NCBI RefSeq assembly: GCF_963921235.1
Contig: NC_086108.1
Span: forward strand, 100,380,001-100,444,000
Length of the DNA stretch: 64,000 nt
Source of the DNA: Mobula hypostoma
Lineage: Eukaryota
Direction: 5' to 3'
In this document: one piece after another, positions 62,401 to 64,000 of the stretch
How positions within the stretch are numbered: the stretch's first letter is position 1
Layout of the letters: each line of letters opens with the position of its first letter
The notes under the pieces: model-generated
Databases searched by the model: none
Told to the model about the DNA's origin: nothing
Seen by the model: the letters and a program-made list of their open reading frames with translations, nothing else
Position numbers and translations under genes: made by a program

Positions 62401-63289
62401 CCATGGTGTTTCCTTGTTTTGTGGCTGCCTGTGGGAAGACAAATCTCAGAGTTGTATGCTGCATGCATACTTTGATAATAAATGTACTTTGAATGTTTGA
62501 ATCTTTAATGTTGGATTAATGGAAATGGGTAGATGTTTGACAGTCAGCACGAAGCTCCTATGTTTCCATGTGGGATCTCTCTCTGCCTTTATTGATGCTA
62601 ATAATTGCTGCTTTTTGGAAGCCATGGCACTTTGGTGGCCAAGACTTCCATAGGTATTAGTTATCCTTTAGTAATTTTCCCCAAAAAAAAGGTATAATCA
62701 GAGCAAACATACAAAGACATGAATTAGGAAGCCCTCATACCTTCTCCACCCTTTGACATAGGCCAGCAACACCTTATTCATAAAATTAAACAATAAGAAC
62801 AGGACTTCTGGTGTATAAGCCGATCTTTATGAGAACCTGAGAATCTATAACAGGTACTGCAAAACTGTCCCTGCAATATTGGTATTGATGTTGGTTTATT
62901 ATTGTCACATGCTCTGAGATACTGTGAAAAGCTGGCATTGCATACAGATCAGATCATTGCACAGTGCTTTGAGGTAAGATAAGGTAAAGACATGGTAAAA
63001 TAATAATGCAGAATAAAATGTAAAATCCTCCGTTCACTAGAAGGATAAAGACCCAAAATCACTATCTCTCATAGACCAACATCTCCAGTACTAAGGACCT
63101 ATTTACACTATAAACACGAGATTCTGCAGATGCTGGAAATCTTGAGCAACACACTCACGATGCTGCGAGATTTCAGTAGTTCGGTCTGCATCTATGGAAG
63201 AGAGTAAGAAGTCAAAATGTCAGGTGAGACCCTTCATCACTGGAAGAAAAGGGGGTAGAAGCTAGGATAACAAAGTTTCTACAGAGACC

Positions 63290-63985
63290 TTCAGGATTCG
63301 CTAAAGGTTAATTTGAAGGTTGAGTCTGTAGTGAGGAAGACAAGTGCAATGTTAGCATTCATTTTGAGAGGACTAGAATATAAAATCAAGGATGTAATGT
63401 TCAGGCTTCATAAAGCACTGGAGAGGCCTCACGGAGTATTGTGAGCAGTTTTGAGCACCCAATCTAAGAAAGGATGTGTTGATGTTGGACAGGGTTCAAA
63501 GGAGGTTCATGAGAATGATTCCAGAAATGAAAGGCTTGTCATATGATGAGCATTTGATGGCTCTGGGCCTCTATTCACTGGAATTCAGAAGAAAGAAGGG
63601 GGACTTCATTAAAACCTATTGGATATTGAAAGGCCTCAATAGAGTGGATGTGGAGAGGATGTTTCCTATGGTGGGAGTGTCTAACACCAGAGGACACTGC
63701 CTCAAAATAGAAGTGTGTCCTTTTAGAACAGAGATGAGGAGGAATTTCTTGAGCCAGAAAATGGTGAATCTGTGGAATTTGTTGCCACAAGTAACTGTGG
63801 AGGGCAAGTCATTTGATATATTTAAGGCAGAGTTTGATAGATTCTTGATTAGTCAGAGCATGAAGGATACGGGGAGAAGGCAGGATATTGGGACTGAGAG
63901 GGAAAATGGATCCGCCATGATGAAATGGTAGAGCAGACTCAATGGGCCAAATGGCCTAATTCTGCTCTGATATCTTATGTTCTAA
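63290..63985 (+). mobile_element. CR1 LINE 3' fragment
   Basis: ORF 63476..63931 reads RVQRRFMRMIP...LGLYSLEFRR...TRGHCLK...VNLWNLLP, followed by the CR1 3' UTR. Confidence 0.9.
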
Positions 63986-64000
63986 TAAGAAAGTGGAGTG

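Overview
This is eukaryotic, repeat-dense, intronic or intergenic DNA. The repeat repertoire (HE1-type V-SINEs, HER1/CR1 LINEs, Rex1/Babar LINEs, abundant Penelope-like elements, Tc1/Tigger transposons) points to a cartilaginous fish, probably a ray; this is an inference. No intact host gene is recognisable, and nearly all long ORFs are retroelement fragments or their antisense frames. The main content is as follows. (1) A full-length but disabled Ty3/Gypsy element (7025-11364, minus strand) with CsRn1/Kabuki-lineage hallmarks: a tRNA-Trp PBS, a CX2HX9CX3C Gag motif and a 4-bp TSD. It also has an in-frame GGGAAAC slippery site and is inserted into a Rex1 RT. (2) Two solo LTRs with 4-bp TSDs. 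(3) Many Penelope-like (RT + GIY-YIG) insertions whose termini carry a minimal hammerhead ribozyme motif. These recur in a stereotyped inverted two-arm architecture with 12-14-bp TSDs, down to 130-230-bp fold-back mini-elements. (4) An old ~1.1-kb inverted duplication at the window start. (5) A ~6-kb decayed 31-bp tandem array. (6) A few candidate minus-strand exons and repeat-free islands. Boundaries of old, degraded repeats are approximate; boundaries fixed by TSDs were read directly.
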